From Naegleria gruberi (Eukaryota), in the NCBI GenBank assembly GCA_000004985.1, contig GG739113.1: a stretch of 7,723 nt of DNA, one strand, 5' to 3'. Of this stretch, positions 1 through 7,395 are shown piece after piece (within the stretch, counting starts at the first letter, position 1; each line of letters starts with the position of its first letter). A program made the position numbers and the translations under genes. The notes under the pieces are model-generated. The model was given only the letters and a program-made list of their open reading frames with translations, was not told the origin of the DNA and ran no database searches.

Positions 1-1
1 T

Positions 2-250
2 ACCACAAGACCAATTTCTATTGAAACTCCTGAAAAGCCTCCTCCACCAATGTTCAGTATTGATAGAAAGAAGTACTTGTGCAATTTATACATTAGAAAA
101 TACGATCAAGAATTGTTGACCCAAGTCAGGGAAGGTCATTTCGATAAAGATGACTTTTGGGAAACAATCCTTCCAAAGAGAGGACAGATTGAAGATACAT
201 TCTACAAATCAATTATGCAATATTTTTATGTGGATACAAATGTCGACTAA
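2..250 (+). CDS. 3' end (about 82 C-terminal codons) of a protein-coding gene whose 5' part lies upstream of the window; product not recognised
   Basis: The frame is open from base 2 (TTRPISIETPEKPPPPMFSIDRKK...) to TAA at 248-250 with no in-frame stop upstream, so the ATG at 50 is probably an internal Met. Composition is protein-like (mixed charged and aromatic residues), and an AT-rich 3' flank follows. Confidence 0.5.
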   Translation, partial: TTRPISIETPEKPPPPMFSIDRKKYLCNLYIRKYDQELLTQVREGHFDKDDFWETILPKRGQIEDTFYKSIMQYFYVDTNVD

Positions 251-454
251 GATATTAATTCATTTTGTAAGATCATCATAGATCCACTTGATCGTTCTTC
301 TCTGATTTCATGCATTCCACATTGATGGGCGTATGTCAATTCTACAATACTCAAACTTCCCAACTGGGTCAAGGTAAGCAATACCAGAGTCAAATGACTG
401 ATTTTTCCATTTCAACCTGGTAGTATAGCTTGTATTTCCCAACTAGTAATTCAA

Positions 455-466
455 TAAATATAGAAT
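455..466 (+). promoter_or_regulatory. TATA-like element (TAAATATAGAAT) about 55-65 bp upstream of the ATG at 519
   Basis: AT-rich TATA-like sequence lying in the 268-bp intergenic spacer between two same-strand genes. Positional inference only. Confidence 0.2.
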
Positions 467-518
467 AGTATTTATTGAAGAGATTAATTGTAAAATATTA
501 AAGTACATTTCAAAAAAA

Positions 519-1019
519 ATGAATAAGCCACAAAAGAGAAACAAATTGCAAGAAATTTTAAAAGCGTGCGAAATACTTCAAGACGACTCGGATAAGATCC
601 AATTGGTGGTCGAATACATCACCAAACAATTATATATCAATGTGAAGAAAACACAATATCCGTCGATTGAAAAAGAGGACACCTTAAAGTTCTTATTTGC
701 TCTAAACATTACACCAAAAGAAACTCATCCACTTCCCATATGTGAATCCACCTTAGATATTCTTGTGGATTGCTACTACCAATTTATAGATACCGATAGC
801 ATCAAAGATTTATCAGAATCATTCGAAAAGGCAGCAAAACACCTTTCCGAGAGTACGAAACAAAGAGTTCGGGCTCATCACATATTTTCATTAGTATCAA
901 GTTTGCAAAGATTAGATTCAATGCAAAGAAAAGATCTGGGTGAAATAGTCGTTTCCAGTGCCATTTCTTCTTTACTAGATGTCATTTGTTGCATTAAGGG
1001 CCACGTTCAAAATGGGTAA
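519..1019 (+). CDS. hypothetical protein, 166 aa as a single ORF; possibly only exon 1 of a longer gene (exon 1 would end at 1015)
   Basis: The ATG at 519 is in an A-rich context (AAAAAAATGAAT, A at -3). It is followed by 166 sense codons of non-repetitive, Leu/Ile/Asp/Ser-rich, probably helical composition, with one in-frame CTG codon (936-938). The stop TAA at 1017-1019 is embedded in GTAAGT (1016-1021). Confidence 0.6.
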   Translation: MNKPQKRNKLQEILKACEILQDDSDKIQLVVEYITKQLYINVKKTQYPSIEKEDTLKFLFALNITPKETHPLPICESTLDILVDCYYQFIDTDSIKDLSESFEKAAKHLSESTKQRVRAHHIFSLVSSLQRLDSMQRKDLGEIVVSSAISSLLDVICCIKGHVQNG

Positions 1020-1060
1020 GTTGGAGTTGATTTTTGATTGTTATTGGAATTTAGTTTTAG

Positions 1061-1150
1061 TGATCAACGAATAGATATACACTTGGATGATAGTGACTTG
1101 TCAATCTTTCATGTTCAAAGTGATGGAACTATTTCCACTGATTTTTCAAC
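1061..1150 (+). CDS. possible downstream exon continuing the 519 ORF in the same frame, running into the N gap
   Basis: The same frame as the 519 ORF is stop-free from 1038 to the gap edge (.DQRIDIHLDDSDLSIFHVQSDGTISTDFS), which is notable for about 70% AT sequence. AG acceptors at 1053-1054 and 1059-1060 would both restore phase after a GTAAGT donor at 1016. No TACTAAC branch point is visible. Confidence 0.2.
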
Positions 1151-4100
1151 NNNNNNNNNNNNNNNNNNNNNNNNNNNNNNNNNNNNNNNNNNNNNNNNNN
1201 NNNNNNNNNNNNNNNNNNNNNNNNNNNNNNNNNNNNNNNNNNNNNNNNNNNNNNNNNNNNNNNNNNNNNNNNNNNNNNNNNNNNNNNNNNNNNNNNNNNN
1301 NNNNNNNNNNNNNNNNNNNNNNNNNNNNNNNNNNNNNNNNNNNNNNNNNNNNNNNNNNNNNNNNNNNNNNNNNNNNNNNNNNNNNNNNNNNNNNNNNNNN
1401 NNNNNNNNNNNNNNNNNNNNNNNNNNNNNNNNNNNNNNNNNNNNNNNNNNNNNNNNNNNNNNNNNNNNNNNNNNNNNNNNNNNNNNNNNNNNNNNNNNNN
1501 NNNNNNNNNNNNNNNNNNNNNNNNNNNNNNNNNNNNNNNNNNNNNNNNNNNNNNNNNNNNNNNNNNNNNNNNNNNNNNNNNNNNNNNNNNNNNNNNNNNN
1601 NNNNNNNNNNNNNNNNNNNNNNNNNNNNNNNNNNNNNNNNNNNNNNNNNNNNNNNNNNNNNNNNNNNNNNNNNNNNNNNNNNNNNNNNNNNNNNNNNNNN
1701 NNNNNNNNNNNNNNNNNNNNNNNNNNNNNNNNNNNNNNNNNNNNNNNNNNNNNNNNNNNNNNNNNNNNNNNNNNNNNNNNNNNNNNNNNNNNNNNNNNNN
1801 NNNNNNNNNNNNNNNNNNNNNNNNNNNNNNNNNNNNNNNNNNNNNNNNNNNNNNNNNNNNNNNNNNNNNNNNNNNNNNNNNNNNNNNNNNNNNNNNNNNN
1901 NNNNNNNNNNNNNNNNNNNNNNNNNNNNNNNNNNNNNNNNNNNNNNNNNNNNNNNNNNNNNNNNNNNNNNNNNNNNNNNNNNNNNNNNNNNNNNNNNNNN
2001 NNNNNNNNNNNNNNNNNNNNNNNNNNNNNNNNNNNNNNNNNNNNNNNNNNNNNNNNNNNNNNNNNNNNNNNNNNNNNNNNNNNNNNNNNNNNNNNNNNNN
2101 NNNNNNNNNNNNNNNNNNNNNNNNNNNNNNNNNNNNNNNNNNNNNNNNNNNNNNNNNNNNNNNNNNNNNNNNNNNNNNNNNNNNNNNNNNNNNNNNNNNN
2201 NNNNNNNNNNNNNNNNNNNNNNNNNNNNNNNNNNNNNNNNNNNNNNNNNNNNNNNNNNNNNNNNNNNNNNNNNNNNNNNNNNNNNNNNNNNNNNNNNNNN
2301 NNNNNNNNNNNNNNNNNNNNNNNNNNNNNNNNNNNNNNNNNNNNNNNNNNNNNNNNNNNNNNNNNNNNNNNNNNNNNNNNNNNNNNNNNNNNNNNNNNNN
2401 NNNNNNNNNNNNNNNNNNNNNNNNNNNNNNNNNNNNNNNNNNNNNNNNNNNNNNNNNNNNNNNNNNNNNNNNNNNNNNNNNNNNNNNNNNNNNNNNNNNN
2501 NNNNNNNNNNNNNNNNNNNNNNNNNNNNNNNNNNNNNNNNNNNNNNNNNNNNNNNNNNNNNNNNNNNNNNNNNNNNNNNNNNNNNNNNNNNNNNNNNNNN
2601 NNNNNNNNNNNNNNNNNNNNNNNNNNNNNNNNNNNNNNNNNNNNNNNNNNNNNNNNNNNNNNNNNNNNNNNNNNNNNNNNNNNNNNNNNNNNNNNNNNNN
2701 NNNNNNNNNNNNNNNNNNNNNNNNNNNNNNNNNNNNNNNNNNNNNNNNNNNNNNNNNNNNNNNNNNNNNNNNNNNNNNNNNNNNNNNNNNNNNNNNNNNN
2801 NNNNNNNNNNNNNNNNNNNNNNNNNNNNNNNNNNNNNNNNNNNNNNNNNNNNNNNNNNNNNNNNNNNNNNNNNNNNNNNNNNNNNNNNNNNNNNNNNNNN
2901 NNNNNNNNNNNNNNNNNNNNNNNNNNNNNNNNNNNNNNNNNNNNNNNNNNNNNNNNNNNNNNNNNNNNNNNNNNNNNNNNNNNNNNNNNNNNNNNNNNNN
3001 NNNNNNNNNNNNNNNNNNNNNNNNNNNNNNNNNNNNNNNNNNNNNNNNNNNNNNNNNNNNNNNNNNNNNNNNNNNNNNNNNNNNNNNNNNNNNNNNNNNN
3101 NNNNNNNNNNNNNNNNNNNNNNNNNNNNNNNNNNNNNNNNNNNNNNNNNNNNNNNNNNNNNNNNNNNNNNNNNNNNNNNNNNNNNNNNNNNNNNNNNNNN
3201 NNNNNNNNNNNNNNNNNNNNNNNNNNNNNNNNNNNNNNNNNNNNNNNNNNNNNNNNNNNNNNNNNNNNNNNNNNNNNNNNNNNNNNNNNNNNNNNNNNNN
3301 NNNNNNNNNNNNNNNNNNNNNNNNNNNNNNNNNNNNNNNNNNNNNNNNNNNNNNNNNNNNNNNNNNNNNNNNNNNNNNNNNNNNNNNNNNNNNNNNNNNN
3401 NNNNNNNNNNNNNNNNNNNNNNNNNNNNNNNNNNNNNNNNNNNNNNNNNNNNNNNNNNNNNNNNNNNNNNNNNNNNNNNNNNNNNNNNNNNNNNNNNNNN
3501 NNNNNNNNNNNNNNNNNNNNNNNNNNNNNNNNNNNNNNNNNNNNNNNNNNNNNNNNNNNNNNNNNNNNNNNNNNNNNNNNNNNNNNNNNNNNNNNNNNNN
3601 NNNNNNNNNNNNNNNNNNNNNNNNNNNNNNNNNNNNNNNNNNNNNNNNNNNNNNNNNNNNNNNNNNNNNNNNNNNNNNNNNNNNNNNNNNNNNNNNNNNN
3701 NNNNNNNNNNNNNNNNNNNNNNNNNNNNNNNNNNNNNNNNNNNNNNNNNNNNNNNNNNNNNNNNNNNNNNNNNNNNNNNNNNNNNNNNNNNNNNNNNNNN
3801 NNNNNNNNNNNNNNNNNNNNNNNNNNNNNNNNNNNNNNNNNNNNNNNNNNNNNNNNNNNNNNNNNNNNNNNNNNNNNNNNNNNNNNNNNNNNNNNNNNNN
3901 NNNNNNNNNNNNNNNNNNNNNNNNNNNNNNNNNNNNNNNNNNNNNNNNNNNNNNNNNNNNNNNNNNNNNNNNNNNNNNNNNNNNNNNNNNNNNNNNNNNN
4001 NNNNNNNNNNNNNNNNNNNNNNNNNNNNNNNNNNNNNNNNNNNNNNNNNNNNNNNNNNNNNNNNNNNNNNNNNNNNNNNNNNNNNNNNNNNNNNNNNNNN

Positions 4101-6059
4101 NNNNNNNNNNNNNNNNNNNNNNNNNNNNNNNNNNNNNNNNNNNNNNNNNNNNNNNNNNNNNNNNNNNNNNNNNNNNNNNNNNNNNNNNNNNNNNNNNNNN
4201 NNNNNNNNNNNNNNNNNNNNNNNNNNNNNNNNNNNNNNNNNNNNNNNNNNNNNNNNNNNNNNNNNNNNNNNNNNNNNNNNNNNNNNNNNNNNNNNNNNNN
4301 NNNNNNNNNNNNNNNNNNNNNNNNNNNNNNNNNNNNNNNNNNNNNNNNNNNNNNNNNNNNNNNNNNNNNNNNNNNNNNNNNNNNNNNNNNNNNNNNNNNN
4401 NNNNNNNNNNNNNNNNNNNNNNNNNNNNNNNNNNNNNNNNNNNNNNNNNNNNNNNNNNNNNNNNNNNNNNNNNNNNNNNNNNNNNNNNNNNNNNNNNNNN
4501 NNNNNNNNNNNNNNNNNNNNNNNNNNNNNNNNNNNNNNNNNNNNNNNNNNNNNNNNNNNNNNNNNNNNNNNNNNNNNNNNNNNNNNNNNNNNNNNNNNNN
4601 NNNNNNNNNNNNNNNNNNNNNNNNNNNNNNNNNNNNNNNNNNNNNNNNNNNNNNNNNNNNNNNNNNNNNNNNNNNNNNNNNNNNNNNNNNNNNNNNNNNN
4701 NNNNNNNNNNNNNNNNNNNNNNNNNNNNNNNNNNNNNNNNNNNNNNNNNNNNNNNNNNNNNNNNNNNNNNNNNNNNNNNNNNNNNNNNNNNNNNNNNNNN
4801 NNNNNNNNNNNNNNNNNNNNNNNNNNNNNNNNNNNNNNNNNNNNNNNNNNNNNNNNNNNNNNNNNNNNNNNNNNNNNNNNNNNNNNNNNNNNNNNNNNNN
4901 NNNNNNNNNNNNNNNNNNNNNNNNNNNNNNNNNNNNNNNNNNNNNNNNNNNNNNNNNNNNNNNNNNNNNNNNNNNNNNNNNNNNNNNNNNNNNNNNNNNN
5001 NNNNNNNNNNNNNNNNNNNNNNNNNNNNNNNNNNNNNNNNNNNNNNNNNNNNNNNNNNNNNNNNNNNNNNNNNNNNNNNNNNNNNNNNNNNNNNNNNNNN
5101 NNNNNNNNNNNNNNNNNNNNNNNNNNNNNNNNNNNNNNNNNNNNNNNNNNNNNNNNNNNNNNNNNNNNNNNNNNNNNNNNNNNNNNNNNNNNNNNNNNNN
5201 NNNNNNNNNNNNNNNNNNNNNNNNNNNNNNNNNNNNNNNNNNNNNNNNNNNNNNNNNNNNNNNNNNNNNNNNNNNNNNNNNNNNNNNNNNNNNNNNNNNN
5301 NNNNNNNNNNNNNNNNNNNNNNNNNNNNNNNNNNNNNNNNNNNNNNNNNNNNNNNNNNNNNNNNNNNNNNNNNNNNNNNNNNNNNNNNNNNNNNNNNNNN
5401 NNNNNNNNNNNNNNNNNNNNNNNNNNNNNNNNNNNNNNNNNNNNNNNNNNNNNNNNNNNNNNNNNNNNNNNNNNNNNNNNNNNNNNNNNNNNNNNNNNNN
5501 NNNNNNNNNNNNNNNNNNNNNNNNNNNNNNNNNNNNNNNNNNNNNNNNNNNNNNNNNNNNNNNNNNNNNNNNNNNNNNNNNNNNNNNNNNNNNNNNNNNN
5601 NNNNNNNNNNNNNNNNNNNNNNNNNNNNNNNNNNNNNNNNNNNNNNNNNNNNNNNNNNNNNNNNNNNNNNNNNNNNNNNNNNNNNNNNNNNNNNNNNNNN
5701 NNNNNNNNNNNNNNNNNNNNNNNNNNNNNNNNNNNNNNNNNNNNNNNNNNNNNNNNNNNNNNNNNNNNNNNNNNNNNNNNNNNNNNNNNNNNNNNNNNNN
5801 NNNNNNNNNNNNNNNNNNNNNNNNNNNNNNNNNNNNNNNNNNNNNNNNNNNNNNNNNNNNNNNNNNNNNNNNNNNNNNNNNNNNNNNNNNNNNNNNNNNN
5901 NNNNNNNNNNNNNNNNNNNNNNNNNNNNNNNNNNNNNNNNNNNNNNNNNNNNNNNNNNNNNNNNNNNNNNNNNNNNNNNNNNNNNNNNNNNNNNNNNNNN
6001 NNNNNNNNNNNNNNNNNNNNNNNNNNNNNNNNNNNNNNNNNNNNNNNNNNNNNNNNNNN
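1151..6059. other. run of 4909 N (scaffold gap of estimated size, or masked sequence); content cannot be assessed
   Basis: Uninterrupted N characters. The three more-than-1600-aa ORFs in the track (1038-6074, 1087-6081, 1115-6136 minus) exist only because N translates to X. Confidence 0.99.
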
Positions 6060-6079
6060 TTTAAAAGAAAATAGTGTCT

Positions 6080-6084
6080 AAAAA
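6080..6084 (-). terminator. T5 run (AAAAA on the plus strand) 11 nt downstream of the tRNA-Gly 3' end; candidate pol III terminator
   Basis: The minus strand reads ...TCGACGCA TCAGCTTATAA TTTTT. Its position and composition fit a pol III terminator of the interrupted tRNA gene. Confidence 0.4.
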
Positions 6085-6095
6085 TTATAAGCTGA

Positions 6096-6115
6096 TGCGT
6101 CGACCGGGAATTGAA
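6096..6115 (-). tRNA. 3' portion of an interrupted tRNA-Gly(GCC): T-loop, 3' half of the T-stem, 3' half of the acceptor stem, and discriminator A
   Basis: The reverse complement is TTCAATT-CCCGG-TCGACGC-A. TCGACGC pairs perfectly with the acceptor 5' half GCGTCGA found at 7484-7490 on the minus strand, and CCCGG pairs with the T-stem CCGGG at 7441-7445 on the minus strand. Confidence 0.8.
6108..6115. repeat. left copy of the 8-bp direct repeat GAATTGAA (target-site duplication in the tRNA T-loop)
   Basis: The identical octamer recurs at 7432-7439. Each copy supplies the same T-loop nucleotides (TTCAATTC) to one tRNA fragment. Confidence 0.75.
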
Positions 6116-6140
6116 ATTTCCTTTTTTGGAATTCATTTAA

Positions 6141-6251
6141 CTTTTAATTTTATGATGAAATTATGAATTTTAATATTATTCATGATGTGAAACATCATGT
6201 TGAATTCTGTTCATTATTTTTAATTCATGATGTGAAACATCATGTTGAATT
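6141..6251 (+). repeat. tandem repeat: three copies of a ~45-bp unit (TTTTTAATTCATGATGTGAAACATCATGTTGAATT). The first copy is shortened. Copies 2 and 3 each carry a perfect hairpin palindrome, CATGATG-TGAAA-CATCATG.
   Basis: Identical 29-mers occur at 6178-6206 and 6223-6251, and a shorter variant at 6141-6171. The palindromes lie at 6181-6199 and 6226-6244 (7-bp stems, 5-nt loop). Confidence 0.7.
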
Positions 6252-6287
6252 ATTAACAAATGTTGTTCTTCAATTTTTAATTGAATG

Positions 6288-6333
6288 TTGGAAATATCGG
6301 AAATATTGGAAAGTTGGAAATAAAAGTTGGAAG
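6288..6333 (+). repeat. degenerate microsatellite of about five or six octamers: TTGGAAAT, TCGGAAAT, TTGGAAAG, TTGGAAAT, TTGGAAG
   Basis: Seen directly in GTTGGAAATATCGGAAATATTGGAAAGTTGGAAATAAAAGTTGGAAG. Confidence 0.6.
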
Positions 6334-6336
6334 TTA

Positions 6337-6377
6337 GGTAACGGGTTTTGGAATTACCTAATGTGGAAATTGAATTC
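6337..6377 (+). repeat. dispersed motif copy B: GGTAACGGGTTTTGGAATTACCTAATGTGGAAATTGAATTC
   Basis: Alignable to copies at 6704-6731 and 7358-7395, and to the tRNA-insertion junction at 6104-6122. The shared core is AACGG(G)-W4-G(R)AATT(M)CC...AAATTGA. Confidence 0.5.
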
Positions 6378-6446
6378 AATTTTGAAATTGAATAAAAGTG
6401 AATTGTTTCAATAAATTTAAAAAACAAGTATTATTTTAAAATTGTA

Positions 6447-6704
6447 TTGAATGATTTAAGTAACACATATTTTGATAAGAATGAAATTATTCAATATAAA
6501 ATTGAAATTATGCCATCAAATATTATTCAACAATATTCTAAACGAAAGTTTCTTGTTAGAAAAGATAGTCAAAAGAACTCAAGATTTATTACATATCAAC
6601 CTGACGCTCAATCACCATCAAAGAAAACAAAGAAGAATAACATTATTGAAAGTGATATTGAAGATTTCGATTGCAATATTAAAGATATTGATGATTGGGT
6701 ATAG
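6447..6704 (+). CDS. doubtful 85-codon ORF (Lys-rich, acidic C-terminus, SPSKKTKK NLS-like patch) inside the insertion
   Basis: ATG to TAG with no stops, which is unlikely by chance in 70% AT DNA. However, the region is purine-rich and a second overlapping 92-codon ORF is open in another frame, so the absence of stops may be compositional. No recognisable domain. Confidence 0.2.
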   Translation: MNDLSNTYFDKNEIIQYKIEIMPSNIIQQYSKRKFLVRKDSQKNSRFITYQPDAQSPSKKTKKNNIIESDIEDFDCNIKDIDDWV

Positions 6705-6731
6705 GGGAACGGAATTTCCTAATTGGGAATG
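6704..6731 (+). repeat. dispersed motif copy A: GGGGAACGGAATTTCCTAATTGGGAATG, which abuts the stop codon of the 85-codon ORF
   Basis: Same family as 6337-6377 and 7358-7395. It also aligns with the junction sequence CCGGGAATTGAAATTTCCTTTTTTGGAATTCAT (6104-6136). Confidence 0.5.
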
Positions 6732-6853
6732 TCATCACACAATAAATTAAATTTATTATTTATTCATTGATGTTCACAAACTGTGAATTAACACATTACA
6801 TGATGAAACAATTCAAACATTTACTCAAACTTTAAACCTTAACATTAACCATC

Positions 6854-6872
6854 GGGTAACGGATTTTAATAC
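6854..6872 (+). repeat. shorter motif copy C: GGGTAACGGATTTTAATAC
   Basis: Shares GGTAACGG plus an A/T tract with copies A, B and D. Weaker than the others. Confidence 0.3.
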
Positions 6873-6890
6873 ATGTACTAGTATGTTGAT

Positions 6891-6904
6891 AATTGGTCGA
6901 CGCA
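6891..6904 (+). pseudogene. tRNA-Gly 3'-end-like fragment in the opposite orientation (AATT-GGTCGACGCA; the CCC of the T-stem is missing), inside the insertion
   Basis: The GC-rich 10-mer GGTCGACGCA is identical to the last 10 nt of the reconstituted tRNA and is preceded by the T-loop AATT. It is very unlikely by chance in an AT-rich context, though no BLAST was possible. Confidence 0.4.
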
Positions 6905-6918
6905 CAGAAATTTAAATA

Positions 6919-7313
6919 CAGCACGTTTACTTCAAATTTGACGCGTTTTTTGAAAGAAAATAAATTATTTAGAAAAAATTTTGTTGTTCTTCTGCTGTCA
7001 AATCCAAAATAAGCATTTCAATAGAACAACACCTAACCACTCGTTCTTACTCATTTCTACATATTTTTGAGAATGCTGCCACCCCAAGGGGTATGTCAAT
7101 GCAAGGATTCATAATTTGAAGTCAGATTTCAAAACTACCTTAATTCCATCGAGAAATTAGCATTTTGTTGAATAAAATATTATCGTTACAGATTCTTTTC
7201 AAATGAAGTTGAGTTTACTTGCCAAATCAAAATTGAAAGATGAAATACTTTAAATTTTAAAAAAAACAATTTTAATTTCCCCAAATCTTGTCAAACTTGA
7301 AGTAAACGTGCTG
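6919..7313. mobile_element. nested 395-bp MITE-like element with 24-bp terminal inverted repeats (CAGCACGTTTACTTCAARTTTGAC, 1 mismatch), flanked on both sides by TA (6917-6918 and 7314-7315); Tc1/mariner-like signature
   Basis: Left terminal inverted repeat at 6919-6942; right terminal inverted repeat at 7290-7313, which is the exact reverse complement apart from one A/G difference. The inverted repeat stops precisely at the TA dinucleotides. The interior is AT-rich and non-coding. Confidence 0.5.
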
Positions 7314-7357
7314 TAAACAGAATTAACAAGAATAAAAGCAAAATCCTACATAGAGTT

Positions 7358-7395
7358 GGAGAACGGGAAATGAAATTCCCACAAATTAAATTGAG
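7358..7395 (+). repeat. dispersed motif copy D: GGAGAACGGGAAATGAAATTCCCACAAATTAAATTGAG, containing the near-palindrome GGGAAATGAAATTCCC
   Basis: It matches 14 of 16 positions of the junction sequence GGGAATTGAAATTTCC (6106-6121) and aligns along its length with copy B. Confidence 0.5.

Noticed and set aside
331-347. Shared 12-13-mer GG(C/G)GTATGTCAAT at 331-343 and 7088-7100 (contains the GTATGT splice-donor-like motif)
   Set aside because: Exact 10-12-mer coincidences between two positions are expected by chance in about 2.8 kb of AT-rich sequence. There is no extended similarity on either side.
374-430. GTAAGC ... TGACTGAT ... TAG arrangement upstream of the 519 ORF, suggesting a possible 5'-UTR intron
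   Set aside because: Only short degenerate motifs are present, and nothing can be tested without transcript data. Too speculative to report as a feature.
405-450. tRNA-like D-arm or A-box resemblance (CCTGGTAGTATAGCTTGTATTTCCC) in the intergenic spacer
   Set aside because: No T-arm or B box (GTTCRANNC) follows and no 7-bp acceptor pairing can be formed. Likely chance similarity.
6106-6121. GGGAATTTCC and GGAATTTCC-type sequences matching the metazoan NF-kappaB consensus GGGRNYYYCC (also at 6711-6719 and 7366-7381)
   Set aside because: Sequence context (introns, tRNA, composition) indicates a fungus. Fungi lack Rel/NF-kappaB factors, so the resemblance is treated as coincidental to the near-palindromic repeat motif.
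1038-6136. Three ORFs of more than 1600 aa in the supplied track (1038-6074 plus, 1087-6081 plus, 1115-6136 minus)
   Set aside because: They are stop-free only because the N run translates as X. The real information is limited to a few dozen codons at the edges. Only the 1038/1061-1150 edge is discussed, as a possible exon.
6163-6427. Overlapping 83-codon ORFs on both strands across the tandem-repeat region
   Set aside because: They coincide exactly with the 45-bp tandem repeats and microsatellite. Their translations are themselves repetitive (e.g. FLIHDVKHHVE twice). Open frames on both strands are a repeat and composition artefact.
6472-6750. 92-codon ORF on the plus strand overlapping the 85-codon ORF in another frame
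   Set aside because: Its translation is Ile/Leu/Lys-rich and looks like junk; it is the alternative frame of a purine-rich stretch. If anything codes here it is the 6447-6704 frame, and even that is doubtful.
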